A stretch of DNA of 64,000 nt from Candidatus Eiseniibacteriota bacterium (lineage in GTDB: Bacteria; Eisenbacteria; RBG-16-71-46; CAZAMP01). Positions within the stretch are counted from its first letter, which is position 1. Each line of letters opens with the position of its first letter. Under the pieces are notes generated by a model. That model was not told the origin of the DNA, did not search any database, and saw only the letters and a program-made list of their open reading frames with translations. Shown piece by piece: positions 10,101 through 20,763 of this stretch. The position numbers were made by a program, and so were the translations under genes. The stretch covers positions 3,904,001-3,968,000 of the forward strand of contig OZ245046.1 in assembly GCA_965224245.1 (NCBI GenBank), written 5' to 3'.

Positions 10101-10244
10101 GACGCATACCTCCAACACGGAGCGCACGTCATCCCGTGGAACGGGCTCGACGATCGCGGGATGCCGGTGGCGACCGGGGTGTACCACGTGCGGGTGCGCG
10201 GCGCCGGATTCTCGGAGGAGGCGAGGGCCGTGCTGTTGAAGTGA
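7191..10244 (+). CDS. Large secreted metzincin metalloprotease with Ig/FN3-like domains and FlgD-Ig (T9SS-like) C-terminal domain
   Basis: Signal peptide; HEITHAIGSEH (HExxHxxGxxH); Met-turn DYMSY; FN3-like 'YYWRV..WSDVWSFTT'; C-terminal YPNPFNPTT..WNGLDDRG..ATGVYHVR. Confidence 0.85.
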   Translation: MNDRCHRAHPMPRALRVGGMLLVCTLAALATPSIASAFPRVVPSPRIVAAGDDVELTLIGFGAGVDVTITLDDQNPVVYSIPGGGPATMTYSVPETFDYGTFELGVCETCTLGFEEQSARARLTVISGELTSSAFDVQVRGIEVTQGVRQDIPTRSLRGGSFILIPETTVHVANRRTVVRVYPDFDMGPSGPSDVVLDAMLTVSDGTTVLGTLSQTRTISVRRTLTDRRSSPQHAFQFTLPREWVDLPSGTPGHVLSLDASFSSAAEAPGFDTNNGASLPGVDFAHVEGLPGGSYGSAFRVRPHFITRITDDGTYFANPFEMLPDALGNMLEHMPLAEGRQGIRLWGMRFGTFYGDTDLDGVDLFNGWAVPRYLPGGSMWGHPDNTYFGMLFTPAICAGKAWVNSAYFQAYACESPFVVVAHEITHAIGSEHAGNGHGELEGGGFDPSYPGVHGQVEADAFGYNVYRGLAYPPTTGNAPEYVRHDYMSYGPDAFISAYTWNRVAANLESGSVGVSREWASPEDRGLEDWRVFAGHLNTSTFELTIGPLYQTVPPSGFDPQDGDYVVRFYDAFDDLVGEAPVLGGEVQDDLDGGDWIFIATPIRVPAGWSTMTFGPAGEEVWEALARSNTPPTVEMLSPMNGFAWPQSGEVMVSWSGFDADGDDLFYRVLGIREDSDGIAGDPLVLASDEMGNDVMLDLDELPGGGNWTIYVEVSDGFDSGLSEPASGQAVDKPPLVVVVSPRDGSAYPSDRPLAATAAFGDLQMSDQDLEETLVEWSLDGGFVGEGDTIELDLAPGLYLLEATVTNVSGLTGSHAVTFDVIDELPIPELVSPADGATGVPTPTLLEWNEVPGGFAYRVEVASEPTFDDPLVIAGPLFDTSDAFDSEPGQTYYWRVATEGQNDASAWSDVWSFTTSEPLAANEAPGVRELGLALYPNPFNPTTRVVFSVPASAQVTVEVFDARGTRVRTLADAYLQHGAHVIPWNGLDDRGMPVATGVYHVRVRGAGFSEEARAVLLK

Positions 10245-10507
10245 CGTCGGAGCCGGCCTCACCCCGACATGATGCGCCCCGCGTCCCCACGGCGCGGGGC
10301 GACCGCCGGCGAGGCTGTCCTCTGCCTGAACACGACCCACGATCGGACACCGGCCTCGGCGGCGTGGGCCGATCGTGGGCGGGGTCGGACCCGCGCGATC
10401 ACGCGGAGGGGGTGATCACGTTCGAGCCCGTCCGGGGGCTCGACAGCGGTCACGCTCGTACCTATCATCGTCGCGCCGTATCGGGTCACCGCCTCGTGGA
10501 GGACCGC

Positions 10508-10732
10508 TTGCGCATCCGACGCCCGTCTCCGCTCGGTCTGGCCGCCGCCCTCGGCGCCCTGCTCACCGGCTGCGCCACCGTTCAGCCGTGGGAGCGGGAC
10601 GTCCTCTCAGACCCCATCATGATCTTCGACGAGAACCCGATCGAGAAAGGGCACCTCGAGCACCATCACGTGTATCGCGAGGGATCGATCGGCGGCACCG
10701 GCACCCAGGGCGGAGGCTGCGGGTGCGGATGA
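10508..10732 (+). CDS. DUF4266 family small lipoprotein
   Basis: TTG start with GGAGG; lipobox LTGC; VQPWERDVL..PIM..YREGS.GG..GGGCGCG. Confidence 0.85.
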   Translation: MRIRRPSPLGLAAALGALLTGCATVQPWERDVLSDPIMIFDENPIEKGHLEHHHVYREGSIGGTGTQGGGCGCG

Positions 10733-11961
10733 GCTCGCTGGCCCGGCGCCTCACGACCGCTTGGGTCGCGCTCGGGTCGACAGCGCCCATCGGGGGCCTC
10801 GCACTTCCCCGGGTATCGCCGATCCTCGGAGTGCCGGCACTCGCCGCCGGGGCGGCACGCGCCCAGGTCCTCCCCGAGGACGAGCTCCAGATCGCGCTGA
10901 ACGGCTACGTCGACAGCTTCGACGTGAGCGTCATCTATCCGTCGGTCTCGGTGACACGACGCGTGGCGCCGTCGACGTCGGTGTCCGGACGTTACCTCGT
11001 GGACGCGATCACGTCGGCCTCGATGAAGAGCCGGATCCCGGTGGATGGCATCACGTCGGCCACCCGGCGCGCGAGCGGTGGGAAGGACGGCGCCTTCGAC
11101 GAGCTCCGCCACGAGCTCGGCGTCGGGGCATCGCAGGTCGTGGGCGAGAGCACCCTGTCCACGACCGTCCTCTACGGCACCGAGCACGACTACACGTCGC
11201 TGACGCTGGCGACGTCGGGGGTGCTCTCCCTCGCGCGGCGCAACACCGACATCCAGCTCTCGGTCGTCCGCAGCTGGGACGACGTCTTCCCCGAGACGCG
11301 TTCCTGGCACCGCGACAAGGACGTGTTGACCTTGAACGCCGGGGTCACCCAGACGCTGGGCACACGCGCCATCGCGCAGGTGGAGTTCTCCCACGCGACG
11401 ATGGAGGGGTTCCTGTCGGACGCCTACCAGGTGGTCACGATCGTCGACCCCGCGTCGCTCGCGGCCGTGCGGTACGAGCCGCGCCATCCCGAGCTACGCA
11501 TCCGCCGCGCGATCGGAGTCCGGACCAACGTCATGGTCACCGGCGGCTCGTCGGTCAGCGCCGGATACCGATACTACTGGGATACCTGGGGCGTGGAGTC
11601 GAGCACCGTCCACGGGCTCTACCAGCGCCACTTCCAGGATCGGCTCTTGACCGCCGGCGTCGGGCTCCGGGTCTACACGCAGACGCGCGCGAGCTTCTTC
11701 CGGCCCGCGTACACCCGGCCCGAGCGCTACATGAGCGTGGACAGCAACCTCGACGAGAGCGACTCGATCGAGTACCAGCTCCGTCTGCGGGTCGACGGAT
11801 CGCGGATTCGGTGGGTCCCGGGGCTGGACCGCGACGGCGTCGAGCTGGAGGCGCGCGCGAGCTACTACCATCGCCGGACGGCCGCGCCGAACTGGTTCAG
11901 TCGACGGGCGACGCTCGACGCGCTGGTGACGAGCCTGGGGGTGCGAATACGTTTCTCGTAG
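10729..11961 (+). CDS. DUF3570 family outer-membrane beta-barrel protein
   Basis: ATGA overlap with DUF4266; VDAITSAS, EHDYTS, GFLSDAY, E.HP..R.R, YRYYWDTWGVES; amphipathic beta strands. Confidence 0.85.
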   Translation: MSSLARRLTTAWVALGSTAPIGGLALPRVSPILGVPALAAGAARAQVLPEDELQIALNGYVDSFDVSVIYPSVSVTRRVAPSTSVSGRYLVDAITSASMKSRIPVDGITSATRRASGGKDGAFDELRHELGVGASQVVGESTLSTTVLYGTEHDYTSLTLATSGVLSLARRNTDIQLSVVRSWDDVFPETRSWHRDKDVLTLNAGVTQTLGTRAIAQVEFSHATMEGFLSDAYQVVTIVDPASLAAVRYEPRHPELRIRRAIGVRTNVMVTGGSSVSAGYRYYWDTWGVESSTVHGLYQRHFQDRLLTAGVGLRVYTQTRASFFRPAYTRPERYMSVDSNLDESDSIEYQLRLRVDGSRIRWVPGLDRDGVELEARASYYHRRTAAPNWFSRRATLDALVTSLGVRIRFS

Positions 11962-11992
11962 ATCGATCGCGGCGCCATTCGCCGCGCCCGGA

Positions 11993-12577
11993 TCACTCCC
12001 GTCGGGTGCCCCGCGGCCGGCGGGGGGACGGCTCGTCGTAGAGGCCCTTGACGCCGCCCCACGTCGTGCCGACGGTGACGCGCGACGTGTCGGCAACCGT
12101 GATCGCGACCGAAACCCACTGCTCCTGGTGGGTCACGTCCTGGATGTTGAAGACACCGTAGTACGCGGCGCGCCAGGTGTACGTGCCGGGCTCCAGCGGC
12201 GCGGTCGCGGTGAGAACGGCCGGTACGACGATCGAGTCCGCCACCGCGGGGCCGGTGCCGTCGTCGCCGGTGCCCGTGGGACCGGTGACCCGATCGAGCT
12301 CGGTGCCGGCGTCGTCGTACAGGACCGCGCGGATCCAGCCCGGGAGGAGCGCGCCCGACAGCGCCACCGAGATCGGCTCCCCCGGACGATGTACCAGTGC
12401 GTCCGGGGTCGCGACGAGCTCGAGATGGTGGTTGTGACAGCCGGCGCAGGTCGGCGTGTCGTCGACGTGGCACGACGCGCAGGCCGATTCGTACAGCTCG
12501 GGCACGCCCCGCGCGACACCCGGGACGAGAGCCGGGCCGATGAGGATCGACGAGACGATGAACGACGCGAGCCGCAT
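11993..12577 (-). CDS. Secreted diheme c-type cytochrome with Ig/reeler-like domain and TWGxxKxLY tail
   Basis: Signal peptide; CASCH and CAGCH; C-terminal TTWGGVKGLY. Confidence 0.75.
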   Translation of the reverse strand: MRLASFIVSSILIGPALVPGVARGVPELYESACASCHVDDTPTCAGCHNHHLELVATPDALVHRPGEPISVALSGALLPGWIRAVLYDDAGTELDRVTGPTGTGDDGTGPAVADSIVVPAVLTATAPLEPGTYTWRAAYYGVFNIQDVTHQEQWVSVAITVADTSRVTVGTTWGGVKGLYDEPSPRRPRGTRRE

Positions 12578-13496
12578 GACACGTCCGGGTTCGAGGGACG
12601 ACGGGTCCAGTCTACCAGCGGTCCGCCGTCCGCGTCTCGGGTGGCTCGTCCTCGGCGTGCTCGCCGGCGGATGGGGCTGCGGGCTCGTGGCCCCGGACGG
12701 CAAGGAGTCGGTCCCCCCCGATCACGACGACCGGAAAGGAGGCGCCTACCACAAGGCGGGCGCCGAGGAACCCTATCGCTCACCGGGGAACTGCGCGACG
12801 TTCGGATGTCATCACGTGAACCTGCGCGGCGGCTGGGCCCGCTACGACGAGACCGGATCCCCCGACACCCCCCAGGCGCGTTCACCCTCGTGCTACCAGT
12901 GCCACGGCGTGGAGTGGACGATCCGGTACCCCGCCTCGATCCAGGTCCAGTATCCGACGTCCGACGTGGTGTGGCGGCACGGCGGCTCGCGCCCGATCGA
13001 GTGGTGGGGACCCCGGACCGACACCGCCGCCGTCTACCTCTACGACGGCGACACGCTGGTCGACACGCTTCAGACGATGCACGCGACCGAGGGCGTGGCC
13101 CGCATCGATTCGGTGAGGACCGCATGGGGGACGGGCGACGCGTTCCGCATCCGGATCGAGCAGGGCTCGGGCGACGCCGGCTTCGGACAGTCGTTCCAGA
13201 TCTGCGGGGCCGACGAGGGCGTGCAGGTGACCGTGCCCGCCGCGGGGGCCGTCGTCATGCAGGGTGAGGAGCTGCGCGTGGAGTGGCACTGTGCGGCCGG
13301 CGTGGCGGTGGACATCTTCGTGTACGACGGCGACGTGCGGATCGACACGTTCCGGCGCGGCGCCGGCAACGGCGGGTTCGCCACGCGGACGTTTCCGGTG
13401 TCGTGGGGCACGGGGACCGACTATCGCATCCAGATCGTGGACGCCGAGGGCACGATCGGGTTCAGCGAGCCGTTCGAGATTCGCACTGCACCGTAG
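12576..13496 (+). CDS. Putative lipoprotein c-type cytochrome with two Ig-like domains
   Basis: Hydrophobic stretch ending in WGC; CATFGCH and CYQCH; two repeats ending WGTGD.FRIRI / WGTGTDYRIQI...FEI. Confidence 0.7.
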   Translation: MTRPGSRDDGSSLPAVRRPRLGWLVLGVLAGGWGCGLVAPDGKESVPPDHDDRKGGAYHKAGAEEPYRSPGNCATFGCHHVNLRGGWARYDETGSPDTPQARSPSCYQCHGVEWTIRYPASIQVQYPTSDVVWRHGGSRPIEWWGPRTDTAAVYLYDGDTLVDTLQTMHATEGVARIDSVRTAWGTGDAFRIRIEQGSGDAGFGQSFQICGADEGVQVTVPAAGAVVMQGEELRVEWHCAAGVAVDIFVYDGDVRIDTFRRGAGNGGFATRTFPVSWGTGTDYRIQIVDAEGTIGFSEPFEIRTAP

Positions 13497-13567
13497 CCCG
13501 ACCGTTTCATGCTCGTCCTCCGCGTCCGAACATGCGTCGTCTCCCCTGCCGTGAGATCCACCGCGAT

Positions 13568-13771
13568 CTAGTCGTGATGGTCGGCCGGTCTCAGTCGCTC
13601 GGCGCCCTCCAGCCTGCCGACGAGTTGCGACGGATCGTGGATCAGGACCGGCAGGTGCTGTGGGCAGATCCAGAGCGATCGGCCGAGGTACTCGAGCGTC
13701 ACCAGCGGCGTCTCCTCGGAGTCGCGATCACAGGCCAGGCATCGGGGCTTGGAAATCTTCTCGGGCGTCAC
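13568..13771 (-). CDS. Small putative Zn-binding protein (CxxC...CxxH)
   Basis: GTG start with GGAGAG RBS; CLAC and CPQH; C-terminal HHD. Confidence 0.65.
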   Translation of the reverse strand: MTPEKISKPRCLACDRDSEETPLVTLEYLGRSLWICPQHLPVLIHDPSQLVGRLEGAERLRPADHHD

Positions 13772-13944
13772 GTTTGGCTCTCCTTCCATCGGGTGCGTCC
13801 AGCGAACGAGTGTCCCGGCGAAACCTGAGGGGCGGACGGAGGCGGCACCCCCGTCCGGAGCCCGGCCGTGAACGCGACGCTCACGACCCGCGGCCGGCCC
13901 GGGCGCGCCGACGTCGCGCGGGGGCCGTGAGGGGCGCCGATGCC

Positions 13945-14358
13945 TCAGCGTCGGCTCTGCGCCAGCTTGATCCGGTTGACCGCCCGCTTGAGCGCGGCAT
14001 CGGCCCTTGCCGCGTCGATCGACGCGTCGGAGACCTTTCCCAGCCGCTCGCGCGCACGCCGCTCGGCCGACTGCGCGCGTCCCAGATCGATCTCGTCGAG
14101 GCTCTCCATCGCGTCGGCGAGAATCACCGCGTCGTTGTTGGACACCTCGAGGAACCCGCCGGAAATCGCGTACGCCTTGTCCATGTTGTGGAGGTCACGC
14201 AGCACGAGCTTTCCCGGAACGAGCGCGGTGATCAGCGGGGCGTGGTGGGCGAGCACGCCGAGATAGCCGTCCATGCCGGGCGCCTCGAGATACGTGACGT
14301 CGGCATCGAAGATCTGCTTCTCGGGGGTCAAGACACTCAGATGAAACGGGGAAGCCAT
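13945..14358 (-). CDS. atpC: ATP synthase F1 epsilon
   Basis: LSVLTPE, GYLGVLAHHAPLIT, ISGGFLEV, C-terminal helical hairpin; last gene of the operon. Confidence 0.97.
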   Translation of the reverse strand: MASPFHLSVLTPEKQIFDADVTYLEAPGMDGYLGVLAHHAPLITALVPGKLVLRDLHNMDKAYAISGGFLEVSNNDAVILADAMESLDEIDLGRAQSAERRARERLGKVSDASIDAARADAALKRAVNRIKLAQSRR

Positions 14359-14439
14359 CGACTGCTACTCCATCCGGCCCGCCCGGGCGGGCCGTCGTGC
14401 GGCGACCGCGCGCCCGTGCGCGCGTTCCCGCGACCGGCG

Positions 14440-16744
<2,305 letters not shown>

Positions 16745-16747
16745 GTC

Positions 16748-18280
16748 CTAGCCCTTCTTCGTGAGGAACTCGGCCTTTAAGGCCTCGACGGCCTTGGTGA
16801 GCTCGGCCTTGGTCTCGTCGGAGATCTTCTGCTCGTCACGGAGCTTCTGCACGACGTCCGGATACTTCTCACGGACGTACGGGATGAACTCGCCCTCGAA
16901 CCTCGCGACGTTCTCCACCGGCACGTCGTCGAGGAAGCCTTCGACGCCGGCGAAGATCGCGATGACCTGATCCTCGACGGTCATGGGAATGTACTGGCCC
17001 TGCTTCAGGAGCTCGACCATGCGTTCGCCACGGGTGAGCTGGGCCTGGGTCGCCGCGTCGAGGTCGCTGCCGAACTGCGCGAACGCCGCGAGCTCCCGAT
17101 ACTGCGCGAGATCGAGACGGAGCTGTCCCGCCACCTGCTTCATCGCCTTGACCTGGGCCGCGCTCCCCACGCGCGACACCGAGATTCCCACGTTGATGGC
17201 CGGTCGCACGCCCGCGTAGAAGAGATCGGGCTCCAGGAAGATCTGGCCGTCGGTGATCGAGATCACGTTCGTGGGGATGTACGCGGACACATCGCCGGCC
17301 TGCGTCTCGATGATGGGAAGCGCGGTGAGCGAGCCCGCGCCCTTCTCGTCGGAGAGCTTGGCCGCGCGCTCCAGAAGGCGGCTGTGCAGGTAGAAGACGT
17401 CGCCCGGGTACGCCTCGCGGCCCGGGGGACGGCGGAGCAACAGCGAGAGCTGACGGTACGCGACGGCGTGCTTGGAGAGATCGTCGTACACGCACAGCGC
17501 GTGGTCGCCGCGGTCCCGGAAGAACTCGCCGATGGCGCAGCCCGCGTACGGCGCGAGGAAGAGCATCGGCGCCAGATCGGACGCCGACGCCACGACGACG
17601 GTCGTGTACTCCATCGCGCCGTGCTTCTCCAGCTGGTCGATCACGCGCGCGACCGTGGACTCCTTCTGTCCGACGGCCACGTACACGCAGTACACGCGGT
17701 CGCCCGCCGGGTTGTTCTTCTGGTTGATGATGGCATCGATCGCGATGGCCGTCTTCCCGGTCTGACGGTCGCCGATGATGAGCTCGCGCTGGCCGCGCCC
17801 GATCGGGATCATGCCGTCGACCGACTTGAGGCCGGTCTGGAGCGGCTCGTGTACGGGCTTGCGCTCCACGACGTTGGGAGCATGTCCCTCGACCAGGCCG
17901 AACTCGGACGTCTCGATCGGCCCCTTGCCGTCGACCGGCTGGCCGAGCGCGTTGACCACGCGGCCGACCATCGCCTCCCCGACGGGAATGGACAGGATGC
18001 GCTCGGTGCGGTGAACGGGGTCGCCTTCACGAATCTGATCGTCGGCACCGAACAGCGCCACGCCGATGTTGTCCTCTTCGAGGTTCAGCGCCACGCCGTA
18101 CACGTCGCCGGGGAACTTCAGGAGCTCGCCGGCCATGGCGTCGTCGAGACCCCAGACGCGGGCGATTCCGTCGCCGACCTGGAGGACCGAACCCACCGAC
18201 TTCGTGTCGATGTCCTTCTCGTACTTCTCCAGCTCCCGTGAGATGACGGAGCTGACTTCTTCGGGACGGATGGTCGCCAT
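16748..18280 (-). CDS. atpA: ATP synthase F1 alpha
   Basis: [38 protein letters not shown]. Confidence 0.99.
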   Translation of the reverse strand: MATIRPEEVSSVISRELEKYEKDIDTKSVGSVLQVGDGIARVWGLDDAMAGELLKFPGDVYGVALNLEEDNIGVALFGADDQIREGDPVHRTERILSIPVGEAMVGRVVNALGQPVDGKGPIETSEFGLVEGHAPNVVERKPVHEPLQTGLKSVDGMIPIGRGQRELIIGDRQTGKTAIAIDAIINQKNNPAGDRVYCVYVAVGQKESTVARVIDQLEKHGAMEYTTVVVASASDLAPMLFLAPYAGCAIGEFFRDRGDHALCVYDDLSKHAVAYRQLSLLLRRPPGREAYPGDVFYLHSRLLERAAKLSDEKGAGSLTALPIIETQAGDVSAYIPTNVISITDGQIFLEPDLFYAGVRPAINVGISVSRVGSAAQVKAMKQVAGQLRLDLAQYRELAAFAQFGSDLDAATQAQLTRGERMVELLKQGQYIPMTVEDQVIAIFAGVEGFLDDVPVENVARFEGEFIPYVREKYPDVVQKLRDEQKISDETKAELTKAVEALKAEFLTKKG

Positions 18281-18282
18281 CG

Positions 18283-18849
18283 TCACACCTCTTGCGGGGT
18301 CATGGGAACCGGGATACTACGGAGACTGTCGCGGAGCTCGTCCAGATGATGCCGGACGGTGTCGTCGGTGATCTGCCCCAGCACGACGACCGACGCCCCG
18401 CCGATCACGCGCGGGTCGACGACCTCGTTCAGCTCGACCTCCTGTCCGGTCCGAGTCTGAAGAACGGATCGCAGGCGAGTGCGCTCGGGGTCGGTGAGGG
18501 GAACCGCCGTGGTCACCGTCGCCGACGTCCGCTTGTAGCGCTCGTCGAGGATCTTCTTGTACTCGCCGCGAACCTCGTCGATGAGGCCGAAACGCCCCTT
18601 GCGGCGGAGCAGGATCACGAACTCCTCGAGCGCCTTGTGGACGAGTCCGTCCAGCACGGATCTGAGGAACCGCTCCTTCTCGCTGGCCGCAATGCGCGGA
18701 GACGCCAGAAAATCGCGGAATCGCCGGTTCTCCTCCAGGAGCTCGACGAACCGCACGAGCTGCCGGTCGATCTCGTCGGCGACGGCATGCTCCTCGGCGA
18801 CGGTGAACAGCGCGTGCGCGTAGCGTCTCGCCAGGCGGGGGTCGTTCAT
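18283..18849 (-). CDS. atpH: ATP synthase F1 delta
   Basis: [17 protein letters not shown]; lies between atpF and atpA. Confidence 0.95.
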   Translation of the reverse strand: MNDPRLARRYAHALFTVAEEHAVADEIDRQLVRFVELLEENRRFRDFLASPRIAASEKERFLRSVLDGLVHKALEEFVILLRRKGRFGLIDEVRGEYKKILDERYKRTSATVTTAVPLTDPERTRLRSVLQTRTGQEVELNEVVDPRVIGGASVVVLGQITDDTVRHHLDELRDSLRSIPVPMTPQEV

Positions 18850-18853
18850 CTGC

Positions 18854-19345
18854 CTAGGCCCTGCCCATCTCGTCGATGGATCTCGCGATCAGCTCGCGAT
18901 GCTTGGCCGCATCCACCTGCTCGCCGAGCAGCACCTCGGCGACCCGCACGCTCATGTCGGCGATGTTGTTGCGCAGCTCCGCCCGCGCCTTCGCCAGCTC
19001 CCGCTCGGCGTCGGCCTGTGCGCGGTCACGGATGTCCTGGGCGTCGCGTCGGGCCTCTCCCTTGATGGAGTCGGCCAGGCGCTGGGCCTCGGCCGCGCCC
19101 TCCTGGATCCGGCCACGCTTGAGCGCGTCGATCTCGTTGAGCTTCTCGGCGAACTCTTCCCGCAGCTTGTCGACCTCGGACTTCTGACGATCGATCGTGG
19201 AGAGCTCGTCGGCGATGTGGCGCCGGCGATCCTCCATGAATCCGATCAGCGGTCCCCACGCGTACTTGCGCAGGATGCCGAGCACGATCAGGAATCCGAT
19301 GATGTTGGTGACGATGACGGCAATGTCTTGCCTGGTCACTTCCAT
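18854..19345 (-). CDS. atpF: ATP synthase Fo subunit b
   Basis: N-terminal TM, KYAWGPL..EDRR, long coiled coil. Confidence 0.95.
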   Translation of the reverse strand: MEVTRQDIAVIVTNIIGFLIVLGILRKYAWGPLIGFMEDRRRHIADELSTIDRQKSEVDKLREEFAEKLNEIDALKRGRIQEGAAEAQRLADSIKGEARRDAQDIRDRAQADAERELAKARAELRNNIADMSVRVAEVLLGEQVDAAKHRELIARSIDEMGRA

Positions 19346-19376
19346 CGAGCGTCACTCCCGCCCCGTATCCGGAGCG

Positions 19377-19392
19377 CGCCCCTCGAGGGGCG
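19377..19392. other. Perfect 16-bp palindrome between atpE and atpF
   Basis: CGCCCCTCGAGGGGCG. Confidence 0.6.
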
Positions 19393-19404
19393 GTTGTTTG
19401 CGGG

Positions 19405-19635
19405 CTACAGCTTGCCCTGGAGAATGAAGACGACCAGAAGCGCGTAGATCGTGAGGGCCTCGATGAACGCGGCGCCGATGACCATCGCGGTCTGAATGCG
19501 CGGAATGGCCTCGGGCTGACGGCCCATCGCCTGCATGGCGCCACCCACGGCCGTTCCGAGTCCGATGCCCGAACCGAGCGCGGCGAAGCCGACGCCGAGC
19601 GGAAGGCCAAGTCCGAGCCAGCTTGCAGTCTCCAA
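19405..19635 (-). CDS. atpE: ATP synthase Fo subunit c (H+-type)
   Basis: GSGIGLG, RQPE loop, FIEALT; TTG start with AGGAG RBS; lacks the Q...ES/T Na+ signature. Confidence 0.97.
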   Translation of the reverse strand: METASWLGLGLPLGVGFAALGSGIGLGTAVGGAMQAMGRQPEAIPRIQTAMVIGAAFIEALTIYALLVVFILQGKL

Positions 19636-19683
19636 CGTCTTCCTCCTTGTGGGGCACGGGGAGCCGCGCCCACCTGTTTCGAG

Positions 19684-20763
19684 CTAGTGGTCCTCGTGCC
19701 CGTGGGGCAGGACCAGTGCAAAGTAGATCGTGCTCAGGATCATGAACACACCGGCCTGGATCGTGCCCATCAGGAGCGACAGGAACACGAACGGCAGGTG
19801 GATCGGAATGCCGAGCGGAATGGGCAGGAACGCCAGAATGGCGGCTCCGAGGCCGACGAACACGGCGATCAGCGTCTCCTCGCCGAAGATGTTCCCGAAG
19901 AGACGCACCGAGAGCGAGAACGGCTTGGCGATCTCGCCGATGATGTGCAGCGGGAACATCAGCACCGACATGCCCCACCCCAGCGCGTCGCGCGGCTCGC
20001 CGGCCAGATGGTAGACGTATCCGCCGATGCCCTGCATGCGAACCGCGGAGAACTGAAGATACAGAAAGACGCAGATGGCCAGCGCGACCGTCATGTGGAT
20101 GCGCGAGGTGGCCGCGAACATGAACGGGACCAGGCCCAGCATGTTCATGAACCAGATGTAGACGAAGAGCGTGCCCAGGAACGGGATGAACCGCTTGCCC
20201 TCGGGACCGAGGATCCCGAGGAGGAAGTCGTACAGTCCGCCGACGACGATCTCGACCCCGTTCTGGAGACGCCCCGGTACGAGCGTCATGTTGCGGGTGG
20301 CGGCCTGGACGATGAGCGCGATCAGGATCGCGCAGATGATCCCGAAGATGGCGGGGGCGAAGAGGTTGAGCATCGACCCGATGCGACCGTGGGAGCCGCC
20401 GGGCAATCCCCCGATGACGAAGTCCAGGAACGACGGAAGGTGCGCGCCGTGGTGCTCTCCGTCACCGTGCTCCCCATCGCCGTGCCCGGCCTCGCCGTGT
20501 GCGCCGGCGTCACCGTGATCGGCGCCCGGCGCCCCGACCTCGTGGGGGTCGGTCGCGTGGGGGTCGGACTCGTGGGCGTCGGACTCGTGGGCGTCCGCGG
20601 AGTCGGCGGCTCCATGGTCGCTCTCGGCGGACGTGGCAGAGGACAGATCGACCGTGTACAGGTCGGACCCGTCGCGTCCGGTGCGCGACCCGACGTTGAC
20701 GGCGAGCACGATCCAGGCCGCGAGGAGAACCAGCAGCACGCGTCCGCTAAAGAACCGTTGCAC
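19684..20763 (-). CDS. atpB: ATP synthase Fo subunit a with His/acid-rich N-terminal extension
   Basis: PGRLQN, N.LGLVP, SLSVRLFGN (essential Arg), IQAGVF. Confidence 0.95.
   Translation of the reverse strand: MQRFFSGRVLLVLLAAWIVLAVNVGSRTGRDGSDLYTVDLSSATSAESDHGAADSADAHESDAHESDPHATDPHEVGAPGADHGDAGAHGEAGHGDGEHGDGEHHGAHLPSFLDFVIGGLPGGSHGRIGSMLNLFAPAIFGIICAILIALIVQAATRNMTLVPGRLQNGVEIVVGGLYDFLLGILGPEGKRFIPFLGTLFVYIWFMNMLGLVPFMFAATSRIHMTVALAICVFLYLQFSAVRMQGIGGYVYHLAGEPRDALGWGMSVLMFPLHIIGEIAKPFSLSVRLFGNIFGEETLIAVFVGLGAAILAFLPIPLGIPIHLPFVFLSLLMGTIQAGVFMILSTIYFALVLPHGHEDH

Noticed and set aside
10720-10740. TGA after GCGCG as selenocysteine read-through
   Set aside because: DUF4266 proteins normally end at this motif, and the TGA is part of an ATGA coupling with the next gene.
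19405-19635. Na+-translocating or N-type ATPase
   Set aside because: Subunit c lacks the Gln and ES/T Na+ ligands, and gene order is the canonical F-type with a separate delta.
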